The notes: generated by a model not told the origin, from the sequence alone. Shown: positions 1 to 12,591, numbered from the stretch's first letter. The stretch: 64,000 bases of DNA from Nemertoderma westbladi (GCA_032718475.1 JAUCBJ010003608.1:7403-71402), one strand, 5' to 3'. Translations and numbers: made by a program.

Positions 1-89
1 CTTTACAACAAATTTCAAAAAATTTAGTTTTTTAGCAGATAAGAAGATCGGTAAGTACAGTAATTGATACATTTTTAGAAAAATGGAAA

Positions 90-360
90 GAATTTCTAAA
101 CTTTTCACAGAATACATGTGTACCAAGTTTGGTTATATTTCATCAATGATTGACGGACTTATTTCGGTTTTTATCAAAATTTTGAAACTATCGGTACCAA
201 TAGACAGAATGTCTGATATGTGACCTTTGATTCCTTAAACTTCAGATTATTTCCAAACTTTTGACAGACTTCATACGTACCAAGTTTGGTTTAATTTCAT
301 ATATAAATGACCGAGATATACAGTATTAGCGATCAAAAATTAGACAGATGACAGACAACT
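90..360. repeat. Degenerate dispersed repeat with an internal duplication of about 155 bp spacing
   Basis: ttctaaactttt...gtaccaagtttggtt..tttcat occurs at about 93-143 and again at about 251-300. Ends are not definable. Confidence 0.35.
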
Positions 361-3294
361 CCTCAACGGCACCCATATGCTAAGACTTCGGGTCAATTTG
401 TGGGTCGCCCCACATTTTGCATCCATATCTTGGTTGGAAATACTTAGTTGCACTTTATTATCACTAATTATCCAGAAATTACTGTTAGGTTAAGTGTAAG
501 ATACCATTTTTACCATAAAATTCGTACAGGTCCCGTACTTTACTTAGCAATGTCCCATACTATACCACACACACCACACTGTAAAAAATTCGCAATGTAG
601 CAATTCGTCTGATATTTATATTTTTATTTAAGCTTAATAATACAGCTTTATCCTAAACATCAACTCAACACCGTACCTGCGCACAATTCGCTAAATTTTA
701 GAATTGAAATCATAAAATAAAAAAAACCATTTCGTATGAATCCGTACTTTACCTTAATTGGACAAGCTGGTGTTTTCTCAAAAGTGACCGCCATAAGCTT
801 CGCGAAATCAAAGCTGATATTCGAAAGTTCAATCCAAGCACAATTTTATGCACATATGTGCTGTGGATAACATTGTACAGGCAATCAAAGTTCAAAATTG
901 TGCACGTCCCGTACTTTACTTTGGAATGAGCCTATTATGACAACTTATCAGCGTTCTGGTGATATCTCCGCAACGATCGAAGTACCATTTACAGCGTTGC
1001 GGCCTATAGGACAGAACCCTGTAAAGTATTCATAACTTAATAGCAATAAATAAACTTCTCAACGACTTGAGTGTTCTCAGTTTATCGATGAGAGCCATAT
1101 TGTACTGTAAGTGTAACATTATTTACGTTACATTTGTTACAATAACTGCAAGCAATTTCTTAAAAAGGATATCAATTTCACTTATATCACTAGAGAGTGA
1201 ACATTTCAATATTAAATATAAATAATTTTAAAGCGTTGAAAACGAGACAAGTTTACATAATGTGACAAAATTACGCACCCAATACATCATTCAGCCATGG
1301 TGTGAAAAGGGCACTGTTCTGTTAACAGCGTTCATATTTATGGAAACCTTACTCGCTCCACTCGCTCGTTACATAAATACACTCGGGTCATAACTCTGAT
1401 AAGTGCTAGTTTTCACACAATCATGTAAATAGTTTTGTATTTCAAGAATATTAGTTAAATAAATGGTTTGGCGCGTCTTCACCCGCGTCCAATCTTCGTC
1501 TGATCGGGGGAAATGAGCAGATTACAGAAACGGCAGGTTACATATGACTTTTTCTAACCAAAACAATAAACAATGTTGCTAATAATCATTTTGAGGGCGA
1601 AGCTTTCTCCGGCCGAAGTTTGCTGCGTACCAAATAAATGGCCACACAAAACATCAGAGGAAATGCAATTAATGCCATGCCAATATGCCACTCAAGTCAG
1701 CCTGCACTTTATATACATTACTCTTGTATTCTTGTATGCCGCCTTTCCGGCGGCAACAACAAAGCAGCAAAAGGATACCAATATTTCTTGATGTACAAAG
1801 GGTGCAATATTGAGGAGACACTTTTTGCAAACGCTTGCAAAGTAAGTAGTGAGAAAGTTAATTTCTCCCACCTACCGAAAAATTCGAGCGCATACTGCCT
1901 ATCTATATATCAAAGTTTTCCTGATATCATTAAAGATTTGTAAAAAAAAATAGCGGAGAGGGAGAGAGTTGCCCAGTTAAGGGGCCGCATTCGTAATTAC
2001 GACTTATCGCTCAACTAGGATAAAAAATTTAGTGCTATATTTTTTCACAACTGTGGATAAGTGATAACCTTGAATACATACCAGAATAACTAGTCTTTGT
2101 ATAGTATAGTAGCCTACATTGCGCTAAATTAAATGGAAAACTTAAAATTTTCTAGAATAATTGTAGGCCAATTTCATAATGTGCATGGGGAATCCATACC
2201 TTAGTATAATTATGTAAAAATGCTGTAGCTAATATTCTAGAAAATGAATACAACTTGACGATTTCAAAAATGCTACAAATTTCCGTACAATATAACATAA
2301 TTTGCGTACTACAGTATATAACACAATTTGCGTAAAAAATAAATTACACTTTTAGTACGGAAATTTTGATGTATAGGAATTATTACGGGATTTAGGGGAG
2401 ACAACATAGCTTACCCTCGTTATTAATTTTTGACATAATACAGTAGATACAATTATTTTTAGAAACTCTTCAATATCTGAATTTGGGGGACGATAAATCC
2501 ATCCAAAAATTACATTTTTAACAGACACTCGCTGCCACTCAATGAAAGTAGATTCAAATACTCCCGATTTAAATGTGGTTATAGTTAGTACATATCCAAT
2601 GGGAAAATGAAAGTAAGTAGTTTATATCTTTTTTAATAGTTGAGAAACAATTCACAGGGTATTTTGTTTGACAAATCCAACAGTGAATAAATTTGTTGTT
2701 AGTTGATTGAATTTTCTAAAACATTTTCCGCAATTTTGTGACATTAACAGTTGGTATCGGAGAAAGGTTTTAATATTATTCCAGACATTCGATCCTATCT
2801 GATATTAAAAACTGATATCGCCGGTACGCCCTTAACAATCATTAATTAGTTAATTACCATTATTAATTAGTTAATTACCATTATTATTTATTTATTATTA
2901 CCGGTACTGGGAATTAATTATTATTATTTAATAAAAATAACATCGTAAAGATAAATTCATTATCATCCGTTATCATTATTTTATTTATTAGTAGAGAAAC
3001 AAATAGTTGACTAGGCCTATTTAAAACAAGGGGGTAAGATGATGTGGTAGGCTACGTGATTAGTTTCTCAATTAACTCCATAATTAATAATAATTAACTA
3101 TCCATAATTAACTCAATTAATTTCTCAAGTAGTTTCTTAATTATATGGTTAGTTACAAGATATAGGTACAACGAAAAATGTGGCAGGACTTTATCCATAA
3201 GATTTAAAGGTTATTAGTGCAGATAATATAATTATGGTTGGGCCCGGAGAACCAATCACTTATGATTGATAGGATTGTTATGATTGTTAACTAG

Positions 3295-5226
3295 GATATT
3301 TGGTCCACTTGCAGATTTCAAAATGTTTTGTTGATATTTCCTGAATTTTTTTACTTAGAAAATCAAAGAGTTCCACTTTGTTTCCATTAACTCTCAGGAA
3401 TGTTTGCCAATTCTGGGGTAGAACTAGTGCTGCGAACTGAAACTGAAACTGAACTGGAACTGAAATCGAACTGAAATTGTTTTTGGCATTTTTTCTGAAC
3501 TGGAACTGGAACTGAAACTTTAATTTTTTTTAAACTGAAACTGAAACTAGAACTGAAACGTGATATATTGAAATACTGGAACTGGAACTAGAACTGAATT
3601 CCTGAAAATTGAAAACTGGAAGTAATAAATTGAAAATAAATGTAAACATAAATTAAAATATTATAATACTACATACATATTATTATATTACAATATTACA
3701 ATATTATTATTTTATTTATGAACGCAAGGCGAAGGCAGCCAGAATAGTACATTCAGTAGGATGCCAATTTGCCAAACAAACAATTTCAGGGTGGAATAAA
3801 AACTTCTACATTAATTCTATGATGAAAATTGTGAACATGTATCGATGTATGTCAAAATTGACAGATAACCCAACCTAAACATTTCAGCTCAGAATTCAAC
3901 ATACAACAAACTACTACTAACACTTAGTAATAATTAAGTAAAAAAAAAATTTGAAAGAACCAAGCTACTCTACTGCACTGGTACGTTGTTTTAGCTAGAA
4001 CGATTCTTATAATGTCACCTCTCCCTATACAAAGTTACTGACAAGTAGACGGTGCACCAGAAGACTGAATTACCGTGCACAACCATCCCCGATATAGTCA
4101 TTGTGTAGTGTGTAGTGTAGTGTGTATTGTGTAGTGTAAGCTATGCAGGGAGAAGCCTATGATAAAAGCAATAACCCTTGGCGATGGAGTTGGTCAGAGA
4201 TTGGCTATAAAATAATTATATTCTGGAATATTATTCTGTAGTACTGGTAGGCCTCTGTTCAGCCTTTGATACTATACATACGGTTTCGGCATAAAAAAGT
4301 AAAGGCCTGTTTTCAGCTCCTCCCAGCGGAGTTTGTAATTATTAACTTTTGGGAAGGTATTGCGAATGTTAATATTACCTGCACTTCCTTGCGGTGGTTT
4401 ATATAGGTATTATTCCTATATTCTGTCAATAAAATTACTACTACTATAATTATTATTCAGTTATTGTAGGATAATAATTAATATTCGTATAATTCTGGAA
4501 TTCTCAACACTAGCCCATAAATATAAATATATACACTAATACAGGTAGTACTGAATATATATACAGTATTGTGGTTGCCATAGAATGACAGCGGTAGGCC
4601 TTCTTATTACATATTATTGTTATGAAACTTGAATTGAAACTGAAACTATTTTTTTTCCGGAACTGGAACTGGAACTTAAATAAACAGCCTCATTCAAACT
4701 GAAACTAGAACTGAAACGGAAACTATTTTTTTTTGGAAACTGGAACTGAAATAAATAGGTTTATTCGAACTGAAACTGGAACTGAAACTAGTCAAATATT
4801 GATTCAGTTCGCAGCACTAGGTAGAACAGTTCTTCCTTAAACACGTCTCCGTGTACCCAATCCTCTCTTCTCTCTACTAATCCGCTTTAAACTGTCACCT
4901 CTGTATGCATCCCAAACAACATCAAGTTTTTCCACATTTTGTAGTCTGATGTTATGTACGGAATGAACTCTTTATCTGCGTAGTCATCAAATATGCGTGA
5001 GTTTAATGATGTTAACTATAACAGCACCATCAATGATTAACGAATCCATTCCTGGTACTTGAGTAACAGGTGAATCTTGTAACTTGTTCTCTAAACAGGG
5101 AACAATATCCGATTTTGATCCACTTCTCATCAATCCATCATGTGATAGACTTTGAGGAAAGGGCTGGTTTTCAAACTTAAAAAAATCATCAAGGCAACCA
5201 TCTCTCACTTGACAAGCTATATACAA
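3295..5226 (-). pseudogene. Degraded PIN/XPG-like nuclease fragment of an Academ-type DNA transposon, interrupted by a hAT MITE
   Basis: Minus-strand translation gives FFKFENQPFPQSLS..G.MRSGSKSD..CL...IIDGAVIV, then (frameshifted) DVVWDAY..DSLK..SREKRG.G.RRRV*, and after the insertion QNWQTFLRVNGNKVELFDFLS. It contains a stop and frameshifts. Family assignment is from remembered motifs. Confidence 0.6.
3425..4819. mobile_element. Non-autonomous hAT element, 1395 bp
   Basis: Perfect 17-bp TIRs TAGTGCTGCGAACTGAA / TTCAGTTCGCAGCACTA. Exact 8-bp TSD GGTAGAAC at 3417-3424 and 4820-4827. Subterminal (G/A)AACTG arrays. No ORF. Confidence 0.9.
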
Positions 5227-5440
5227 CGTTGTCCTTCAACCTCAACCTGCTTTCGCCGTGAGGACCACCCAGTGCATAATCTTGTGCTTTCGCAGCCTCA
5301 TGGAGTGGATAAGCATGGTGGACAGCCCATGACTTTCTTGAGACGCATCTTAAAGGAACCTGGCCTTGAAGATGGGGATGATCTAGTAAATGTCATGGGT
5401 GATAGGGAGTTGTGGCGGCGCAATTTTGTCGACAAGCCGG
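5227..5440 (+). mobile_element. 3' fragment of an RTE-clade LINE
   Basis: CFRREDHPVHNLVLSQPHG..KHGGQPMTFLRRILKEPGL....LVNVMGDRELWRR resembles the RTE ORF C-terminus (GHC.R...LVLW.P.G...GRP..T.....L..D.GL....M.DR..WR). Confidence 0.6.
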
Positions 5441-6002
5441 CACAGCATTCTTCAAAAATGCAGCTGCAATGCAGCATTCCGATCCCAGTAGTACAACCTT
5501 GATTTTTTAATGACATAACAGCATAGCAGATAATACACAATACTATGTTATTTTATTTCACTGTTCTACTGTATGTTTCTTTCATCAGCACTACTGTTGA
5601 CTGCTCTTTACTTGATTATTTAAATTACCATTTATATAATAGGTAATTTTTATTTTCCTGCTTTCTGTAGGCCATGTTTTTATCAGCTCTACACCGGTAT
5701 ACTATTGATTTTTAAATCACCATTTGATATACTGTATATTTTAATTAGATGCATTGGTCACCTTTCTTTTAGATAATTCCGTTTTCTTTTCTCCGTCTTT
5801 CTGTATAATTCCATTTCCGTGTCTGTTTTTATCTTATTCTGTGTTCGCTTAGCAACTGTGAGTGTACCTGGGTTTTTACCGTAAGTGTACCTAGTTGTTT
5901 TTCTCCGGTGACAATTTTAATTAATTTTATAATATTTCACTGTGTTTAATAATAATAATAATATATTTTTATATTTATATTTATATTTTTTTTTTCACCT
6001 AA

Positions 6003-6317
6003 AGCCCTGTTCACATCCAACGGTACGTGAGCTGTAAAGTAGTCTGGCGGTATTGAAGCGGTAAGCCAGCGGTACACTACCCGGAGCCCGTTCACACCCA
6101 ACGGTACCGTTGCGGTAACTGATTGTCTATCTGTGGACTGTGAATTCAACAGGAAATTATTACATTAATTGTTTTAACATTGTTTAAATGGGCTGCGGTA
6201 AACCGCGCGGTTTAGCGCACAACTACAGTACCTGTTGGGTCGTTCACAGTCAGCGGTGTACAGCTGGCCCTGCGGTACACCGCGCGGTGTACCGTTCCGT
6301 TGGATGTGAACGGGCCT
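6003..6317. mobile_element. PIF/Harbinger-like MITE
   Basis: Imperfect TIRs agccctgttcacatccaacgg ... ccgttggatgtgaacgggcct, flanked by TAA and TTA. An internal TIR-like copy sits at about 6086. Confidence 0.6.
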
Positions 6318-6594
6318 TTAGGGGTGTTGTTGTTGTAAGTTGTAGGCCTAGTCCTATATCGGCAGTTCGATATAGTTGAAAAATATTACAAAGCTCAGAA
6401 GGAAATTTTATAACTAGTTGGCACGATAAAGAAAAAGAAAAGCGTTTCTCAGGATGACGAAAACTACTTTCTGAACTTCTGAATGACATGTCGGAAATGT
6501 ACAGTATTGCTTGTATTTGCTTCCGCTGCAACCTAAATGATACAGGCTGTATAATTATGTAATAGTGTCCCTGTGACATCTTACAGTGAAACCT

Positions 6595-6931
6595 GAAAAA
6601 GGTGGACAGTCCTATTAAGGTACTACAAAACAGCATTGTTTAATACGTTTCTGATTGGGCAGACTATTATCTATGTCTTGTCTTATGTGCCTGTCGGCTG
6701 TCGCCTGTGTCCAGTCCACCTTTTTCAAACACATACAGACATATCTGCATATCTTATTCACTTAGGCCTATTCCCAATTATGTAGGCCTAATTAAGAAAG
6801 CGAAAACTTGAAAAAGGTGGACATGGACACTTGAACAGAGCAATCGCTATAAACTGTATTGCTAAATAAATACGTTTCTTATTGGTCTCTATTGTCCACG
6901 TTTCTGTGTCCAGTCCACTTTTTTCAAACAC
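6595..6931. repeat. Two tandem copies of a small fold-back unit (MITE remnant)
   Basis: gaaaaaggtggaca...aatacgtttct.attgg...tgtccagtccac.tttttcaaacac at about 6595-6731 and 6810-6931. Confidence 0.5.
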
Positions 6932-7405
6932 TCCTGTAAGCCTGTAGTGCAGTAGTAGCCTACTGTAGTAATGCTGTAATCTGGTAATGTCTGAATGTAG
7001 TATTACAGTACAGTATTATGTTTATAAACAGTAAAGATACATTTGATCAATGTAAAATAATAAAACGAGATGGAAATTTTTTTGTGCGCATTGCACATTG
7101 GATATTTGGATGAGGCGGATTGTGGCGGAGCTCATTTACCTACGCAGCTACGGGTATACCAGTCAGCCAGTATACACTACAACGACTACAGTCACCTCTA
7201 ATTTAATTTAAATTGACACCAATATTGTCAGATTGTTGGCCTCTGGTCACTGGTACCGTACTGCCGTATGCTGTAGTAGTAGGGTAGGTAGGAAGGACCT
7301 ACTGCCGCTATCCTCTATCAGGCTGTTGCAGTATTGGTACCGGTACTGCTGTGCTGAAATCTAGTTGCGGCGTTACTCCATACGGTACTCAGTTACTAGA
7401 TTACC

Positions 7406-8569
7406 ATGACTGTGGAGAAGTACGCGATATTGCATCGCCACGCCGGACTCGGTAACTTTGGCTTCTCCGTGATCGGGGGTTCAGGAACTCAGTTCCCTCC
7501 GATTATATGCGACACCCTGCAGGACAGTCCAGCTGCGATGTGCCCGCAACTGAACCCTGGCGACGTTATTATCGAGATAAACGGGACCTCAGTGGGAGAA
7601 TTCACGACCAGTCGTGTCGTAAACCTCCTTAAAAACTCCCCGGATCAAATACTCTTGAAACTCCGCTCGGACCCCGAGATTAAGAAACAAGCGGCCGAAT
7701 TTCTGGACAACGAGACCGTGGATGAGGCGAAGTTACGTTGCGCGATATCGCAGTCTGATCTCAACGCCTCCGACAAACTCATCGTTAAATCATCTCAGTT
7801 CGACGTTCCCCAGTTCCAGTCTACGAGCAGTGAGGTGCTAGGGAGTCCATGCCATCGATCCCGTGACGACCTGCTCACATCCAAGGAGTCACTGCTCAGT
7901 ACTCGCAGCATGCCATTGGGGGGCGGGACCCTTAGTCTGGTAAAGGTTAACGAGTTGCAGCCGTCGCTTGGGGGACACAGTCGTCAGCGTTCCCTAGGCG
8001 ACACACCCGCGGGAGAGGTGCCCCCTCGCGGCAGCCTCGATATGGCCTGTATTTATAACGAGGTCCATTGTCGCTCCAGCGGTTCTAAGAAAGTCGACAC
8101 CGCTGCCGACGGTCACATTAATATAACCCTAAATCCCGCCCCGTTCCCAAATCCCTCAGAATCAGCTAGAACCCTCAATCCCTCCGAATCAGCTACAACC
8201 CTCAATCCCTCCGATATCTCTCAATCAATCAGTCAAGGGTCCCTTTTTCGGGAAGTCAATGATTCACTTGTAAGAATGGGGGCCGAAAGCCTATCTTCTC
8301 CCCCACCCCGCCCCCACACTCCCCTCCTCCCGTCCTGCCCCCGCTCCCACACTCCCCTCCTCCCGTCCAGACCCCGCTCCCACACTCCCCTCCCACCCCG
8401 CTCCTACACTCCCCTCCTCCCACCCCGCTCCCCTACTCCCTCCCCATTGTTACACAGACGACGAAGACGACCTCTCAGCTGGGGAGGACGTCCTCCTAGA
8501 TTTAGAGGAGTTGTGCCGCCAGAGTCCCCGTGGCTACATCGACATTCCGTCCGCGGAACGCCTCGCTAA
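7406..8569 (+). CDS. PSD: EFA6/PSD-family Arf6 GEF, N-terminal part (PDZ domain plus Ser/Pro-rich linker); true coding probably leaves this frame between 8270 and about 8450
   Basis: ATG in ACCATG context. PDZ motifs GNFGFSVIGG, SPAA...LNPGDVIIEING, VVNLLKNS...ILLKL. PDZ upstream of Sec7-PH is the known Drosophila Efa6 architecture. Confidence 0.8.
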   Translation: MTVEKYAILHRHAGLGNFGFSVIGGSGTQFPPIICDTLQDSPAAMCPQLNPGDVIIEINGTSVGEFTTSRVVNLLKNSPDQILLKLRSDPEIKKQAAEFLDNETVDEAKLRCAISQSDLNASDKLIVKSSQFDVPQFQSTSSEVLGSPCHRSRDDLLTSKESLLSTRSMPLGGGTLSLVKVNELQPSLGGHSRQRSLGDTPAGEVPPRGSLDMACIYNEVHCRSSGSKKVDTAADGHINITLNPAPFPNPSESARTLNPSESATTLNPSDISQSISQGSLFREVNDSLVRMGAESLSSPPPRPHTPLLPSCPRSHTPLLPSRPRSHTPLPPRSYTPLLPPRSPTPSPLLHRRRRRPLSWGGRPPRFRGVVPPESPWLHRHSVRGTPR

Positions 8570-10061
8570 ACGGCTCTACAACCTCGACGGCTTCCGTAAA
8601 TCCGACGTGTCCGCCCATCTCTCCAAGAACAACGACTTCAGTGAGCTGGTCGCAGACTCCTACCTGCGCTACTTCCAGTTCCACAACGAGACCTTAGATG
8701 TCTCGCTACGTAAGTTCCTCCAGCGGTTCTCCCTTGGGGGTGAGACACAGGAGCGTGAGCGCGTGCTACGACGGTTCGCTGGGCGCTACTTAGCGCACAA
8801 CGCCGCCACATACACCGACGTGGAGGCCGTTAACGCGCTCACCTGCGCGATAATGTTACTCAATACGGACCTGCACAGCGCGGGAAACTCAGGGAAACGG
8901 ATCAGTTTCCCGGAGTTCGTCGCCAACCTCGAGGGGGTGAGTTCCGGTTCCAACTTCCCGCGAGAGTCGCTGAAACTCCTTTACCGGAGTATCCGAAAGG
9001 AGCCGATACAATGGGCGCTGGACTCCCCTTCAGGGAGCTGCTCCCCTCCGGGTTCCAACCCCTTCCTCGATACCAACTCCCGGCGGGATTCCACGGTCTT
9101 CGCTCAGTCCTACTTACTGAGGAAACGGGTAACCCAGGGCGACGGGAAACCAGTGGCTGTGGGGAAGCGCGGCTGGAAGTTGTTCTATGTGACACTCCGA
9201 GGCCTCCAGCTCTACTTCCACAGGTCGGAAGAGGAAGCCACCGATCGGTTCTACGAGGTGTCCCAGATGGTGGGGGTCCATCACGCTCTGGCCTCCATCG
9301 CCAAGGACTACCGGAAGAAGGAGTTCGTCTTCCGATTGCGGACTTCCGACTGGTCGCAGTTCCTCTTCCAATGCGGCGACGCTCGCGAACTCAACCAGTG
9401 GTGCAACTACATCAACCTCGGTAGCGCCACGCTCTCGGCTGCCCCCCTGCCGGCGGCGTGCGGCTCCCGGGACCCCCATCGGTTCCTTCGGCCGCTACTC
9501 CCGAGCGGGACAACGCGACTTGGCTGCGGAGAGTCGCTGCGACTCTGGGAGGGGAAACTGGCGGAGATGGAGGACGAGTTGGCGGACCACAGGGACCAGA
9601 CGCCCGCGGGAGGCAAGGTCAGTGGGTCCGGGGACCAGGGGGGCAAGGGGGCTGGCACCTCCAGGTATTTGTCCCACTACCAGGATAAACTCCAGTACTT
9701 AGAGTTCGAAGTAGCTCGTTACGGTGTCTACGTTGAGTTGCTGCTCTCCTCGGCTCAGGGACAGCCCAACCCGCAACTAACCGACGTGCGATCGTTGCGT
9801 AAGTCCGACTCCTACGGGGTCAGCACGGAAGGTACGGCGGCCAGTAGCAGCGAGTTGGATGAGAACCCCGGCAGTCAGAGGTTGAGTTACATACAGGCGG
9901 TGTACCAGGTCGAGGATGAGCTGAGTGAGGCGGAGGAGGCTAGTGTGGAAGAGGGGTTGCTCGAGGGTGATTGCGGGGAGGAGGTTGATTCTAGGGTTGG
10001 CCGTGTACCGGGGTACGTAGGTGCCTGTTCCATTAACGAAGCTGGTATTTGTAAGTCCTAA
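8274..10061 (+). CDS. PSD: EFA6/PSD-family Arf6 GEF, Sec7 + PH + coiled-coil part (frame open from 8274)
   Basis: SAERLAKRLYNLDGFRKSDVSAHLSKNNDFS, FSLGGETQERERVL (glutamic finger), CAIMLLNTDLH, PH motifs GKRGWKLFYVTLRG...HHALA...Y.KK..VFRLRTSDWSQFLFQ, SAAPLPAACGS..RFLRPLLP and YLEFEVARY are diagnostic of EFA6/PSD. Confidence 0.93.
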   Translation, partial: EWGPKAYLLPHPAPTLPSSRPAPAPTLPSSRPDPAPTLPSHPAPTLPSSHPAPLLPPHCYTDDEDDLSAGEDVLLDLEELCRQSPRGYIDIPSAERLAKRLYNLDGFRKSDVSAHLSKNNDFSELVADSYLRYFQFHNETLDVSLRKFLQRFSLGGETQERERVLRRFAGRYLAHNAATYTDVEAVNALTCAIMLLNTDLHSAGNSGKRISFPEFVANLEGVSSGSNFPRESLKLLYRSIRKEPIQWALDSPSGSCSPPGSNPFLDTNSRRDSTVFAQSYLLRKRVTQGDGKPVAVGKRGWKLFYVTLRGLQLYFHRSEEEATDRFYEVSQMVGVHHALASIAKDYRKKEFVFRLRTSDWSQFLFQCGDARELNQWCNYINLGSATLSAAPLPAACGSRDPHRFLRPLLPSGTTRLGCGESLRLWEGKLAEMEDELADHRDQTPAGGKVSGSGDQGGKGAGTSRYLSHYQDKLQYLEFEVARYGVYVELLLSSAQGQPNPQLTDVRSLRKSDSYGVSTEGTAASSSELDENPGSQRLSYIQAVYQVEDELSEAEEASVEEGLLEGDCGEEVDSRVGRVPGYVGACSINEAGICKS

Positions 10062-10799
10062 CGGCCGCATATCAGTGATGTCACAGCATTGCAGGTACAT
10101 AATAATAGTGAGTTTGTTGTACGAGTTGCCATACATGAATTAGGGTATTAATTTTAGTAATTGGATTGGTAGTAAGTAAAGTATGTATGTGATCACGAGG
10201 AAGAAAAAAGTATCATATGGAAAAGTGGTAACAAATTGAAATGGCAATTAGTTTAGTATTTTGGTTAGGGACACGAACTCTGTTCCCTAATAGCCCCTGG
10301 TGTATTAAATACACTAAAACACGATTTTTTAATACACTTTTTTGTTTCCATTGTCAACTAACTCACTTCTTACTCCTGAATTTAATAATAAGCACCAAAA
10401 ACCCACTCACAAAGCGCGGTGTATCAGAGCATCTTGGTTTTGGCGGCTATTTTATTAAAATATTTAGTTTTTTTATTGATTGAAATATTCGGCTTCAATT
10501 TGTCGCGCTTACCATGCCTAAAATTGTAGTAGCCTTTATGGGAAACTGTGAAGATAAATATTGAGTACTAAGTTTATGAAACGTATTTATAAAACAAAGT
10601 TGACTTATTTGGGATAAACGTTAACTAATTACTGTATAGAGTAGCTGGCCTGTCTGTAACTATATAGGGTTTGATTTTGTTTTGTTAAATTTATTCTTTT
10701 ATCGCTTCAATTTCATTGTTTTATATGTTATTTTAAACTTTGTGCCTGCTGCCCTTATTATATATAGATTAATTATTTATGTTTTTTAGTTTAAAATTA

Positions 10800-11820
10800 T
10801 CCAGGAGGCGCAGTGATCCGTTGTCCACAATGTTCCATGATGCGCAGTGATCCGTTGGCCACAGTGTTTCATGAAGCACAGTGATCCGTTGGCCACAGTG
10901 TTTCATGAAGCGCAGTGATCCGTTGGCCACAGTGATCCATGAAGCGCAGTGAACCATTGGCCACAGTGATCCATGAAGCGCAGTGATCCGTTGGCCACAG
11001 TGATCCAGGAGACGCAGTGATCCGTTGGCCACAGTGATCCATGAGGCGCAGTCATCCGTTGGCCACAGTCACAGTGTTCCATGAGACGCAGTGATCCATG
11101 AGGCGTAGCGAACCATTGGCCACAGTGATCCATGACGCCCAGTGAACCATTGGCCACATTGATCCATGAGGCGCAGTGATCCGTTGGACAGTGTTCCATG
11201 AGGCGCAGTGATCCGTTGGTCACAGTGTTCCATGATGCGCAGTGATTCGTTGGGCACATTGTTCCATGAGGCGCAGTGATCCGTTGGCCACAGTGTACCA
11301 TGAGGCGCAGTGATCCGTTGGCGTTACGTTCCATGAGGCGCAGTCATCCGTTGGCCACAGTGATCCATGAGGCCCAGTAATCCGTTGGCCACAGTGTTCC
11401 ATGAGGCGCAGTGATCCGTTGGGCGCAGTGTTCCATGTGAGGCCCAGTGATCCGTTGGCCACAGTGTCCCATGAGGCCCAGTGATCCGTTGGGCACAGTG
11501 TTCCATGTGAGGCCCATTGATCCGTTGGCCACTGTGTTCCATGAGGCGCAGTGATCCGTTGGTTACAGTGTTCCATGAGGCCCAGTGATCCGTTGGCCAC
11601 AGTGTTCCATGCGAGGCGCAGTGATCCGTTGGCCACAGTGTTCTATGAGGCCCAGTGATCCGTTGGCCACAGTGTTCCATGAGGCGCAGTGATCCGTTGG
11701 CCACAGTGTTCCATGAGGCCTAGTGATCCGTTGACCACATTGTTCCATGGAGCGCAGTGATCCGTTGGCTACAGTGTTCCATGAAGCGCAGCGATCCGTT
11801 GGCCACAGTGATCCATGAGC
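10800..11820. repeat. 34-bp GC-rich minisatellite, about 30 diverged copies
   Basis: Consensus TTCCATGAGGCGCAGTGATCCGTTGGCCACAGTG. Confidence 0.95.
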
Positions 11821-12591
11821 ACAGCGGTCCTTGCGCCATGGGGCACTGTGTGATACAGACAAGGGCCTTCGCAAACATTGGTATTTATTCTGTAAGACTT
11901 CAAGTAATTTATACCCTTGGTCGGTGTGTTTGATCTATACAGTTATTGTATCGTATACCCCACATTAATTTGTTTATTTCCCGTATATTATTTCCCTTTA
12001 GTTTTTATTTACTCAGCACTGCTTCAACTTTATATAATTATTTGGATATTTCTAACGTAACGATTCTTATTTTTTGTCATTTAAATATATATATATATAC
12101 ACATTATATAACGGATGATAGGATCAGTTTATGTTTTTAAATTTGAAACTTTAAATTTGTTTATTTTTAGTCATTTGTTATTTTTTGGTACCGGTACTTA
12201 ACCACCCATTTGATATTTCATGTTGAGATGGGGGGGGGGGGGGGGGATTTCGACGCAATAATAATTCATCCCTCCATGGGAAATTTGCCGCAAATATCAG
12301 TTTGATTACTCCCAGAAATAAAATTGTTTAACGTGCCACTGTAACCTGCTCTTTTCCCAAAATTGAGGATTTAACATTGAGGTGAATTATAAATGGGGAT
12401 TTGCGTCCCCCCCCCCCTCCCCTATGTCTTTATCTTTATGTTAACTACAACAGTTCCAGTACATTCATCATTATTTATAATAGTTATTTGTGCTATTTGG
12501 TCTCAAATTCAACTGGTTCTTGAGGTTGATTTAATATTGTTTTATTGTTTGAGACATCAGTGAGCTGCACCAAACACCTCAAGAGTTGGAG

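Noticed and set aside
1573-1943. 72-aa and 101-aa ORFs
   Set aside because: No recognisable motifs or splice context; compatible with chance or decayed repeat sequence.
8270-8457. 188-nt GT-AG intron as the fix for the EFA6 frame break
   Set aside because: It joins into the third frame and reaches TAG at about 8497.
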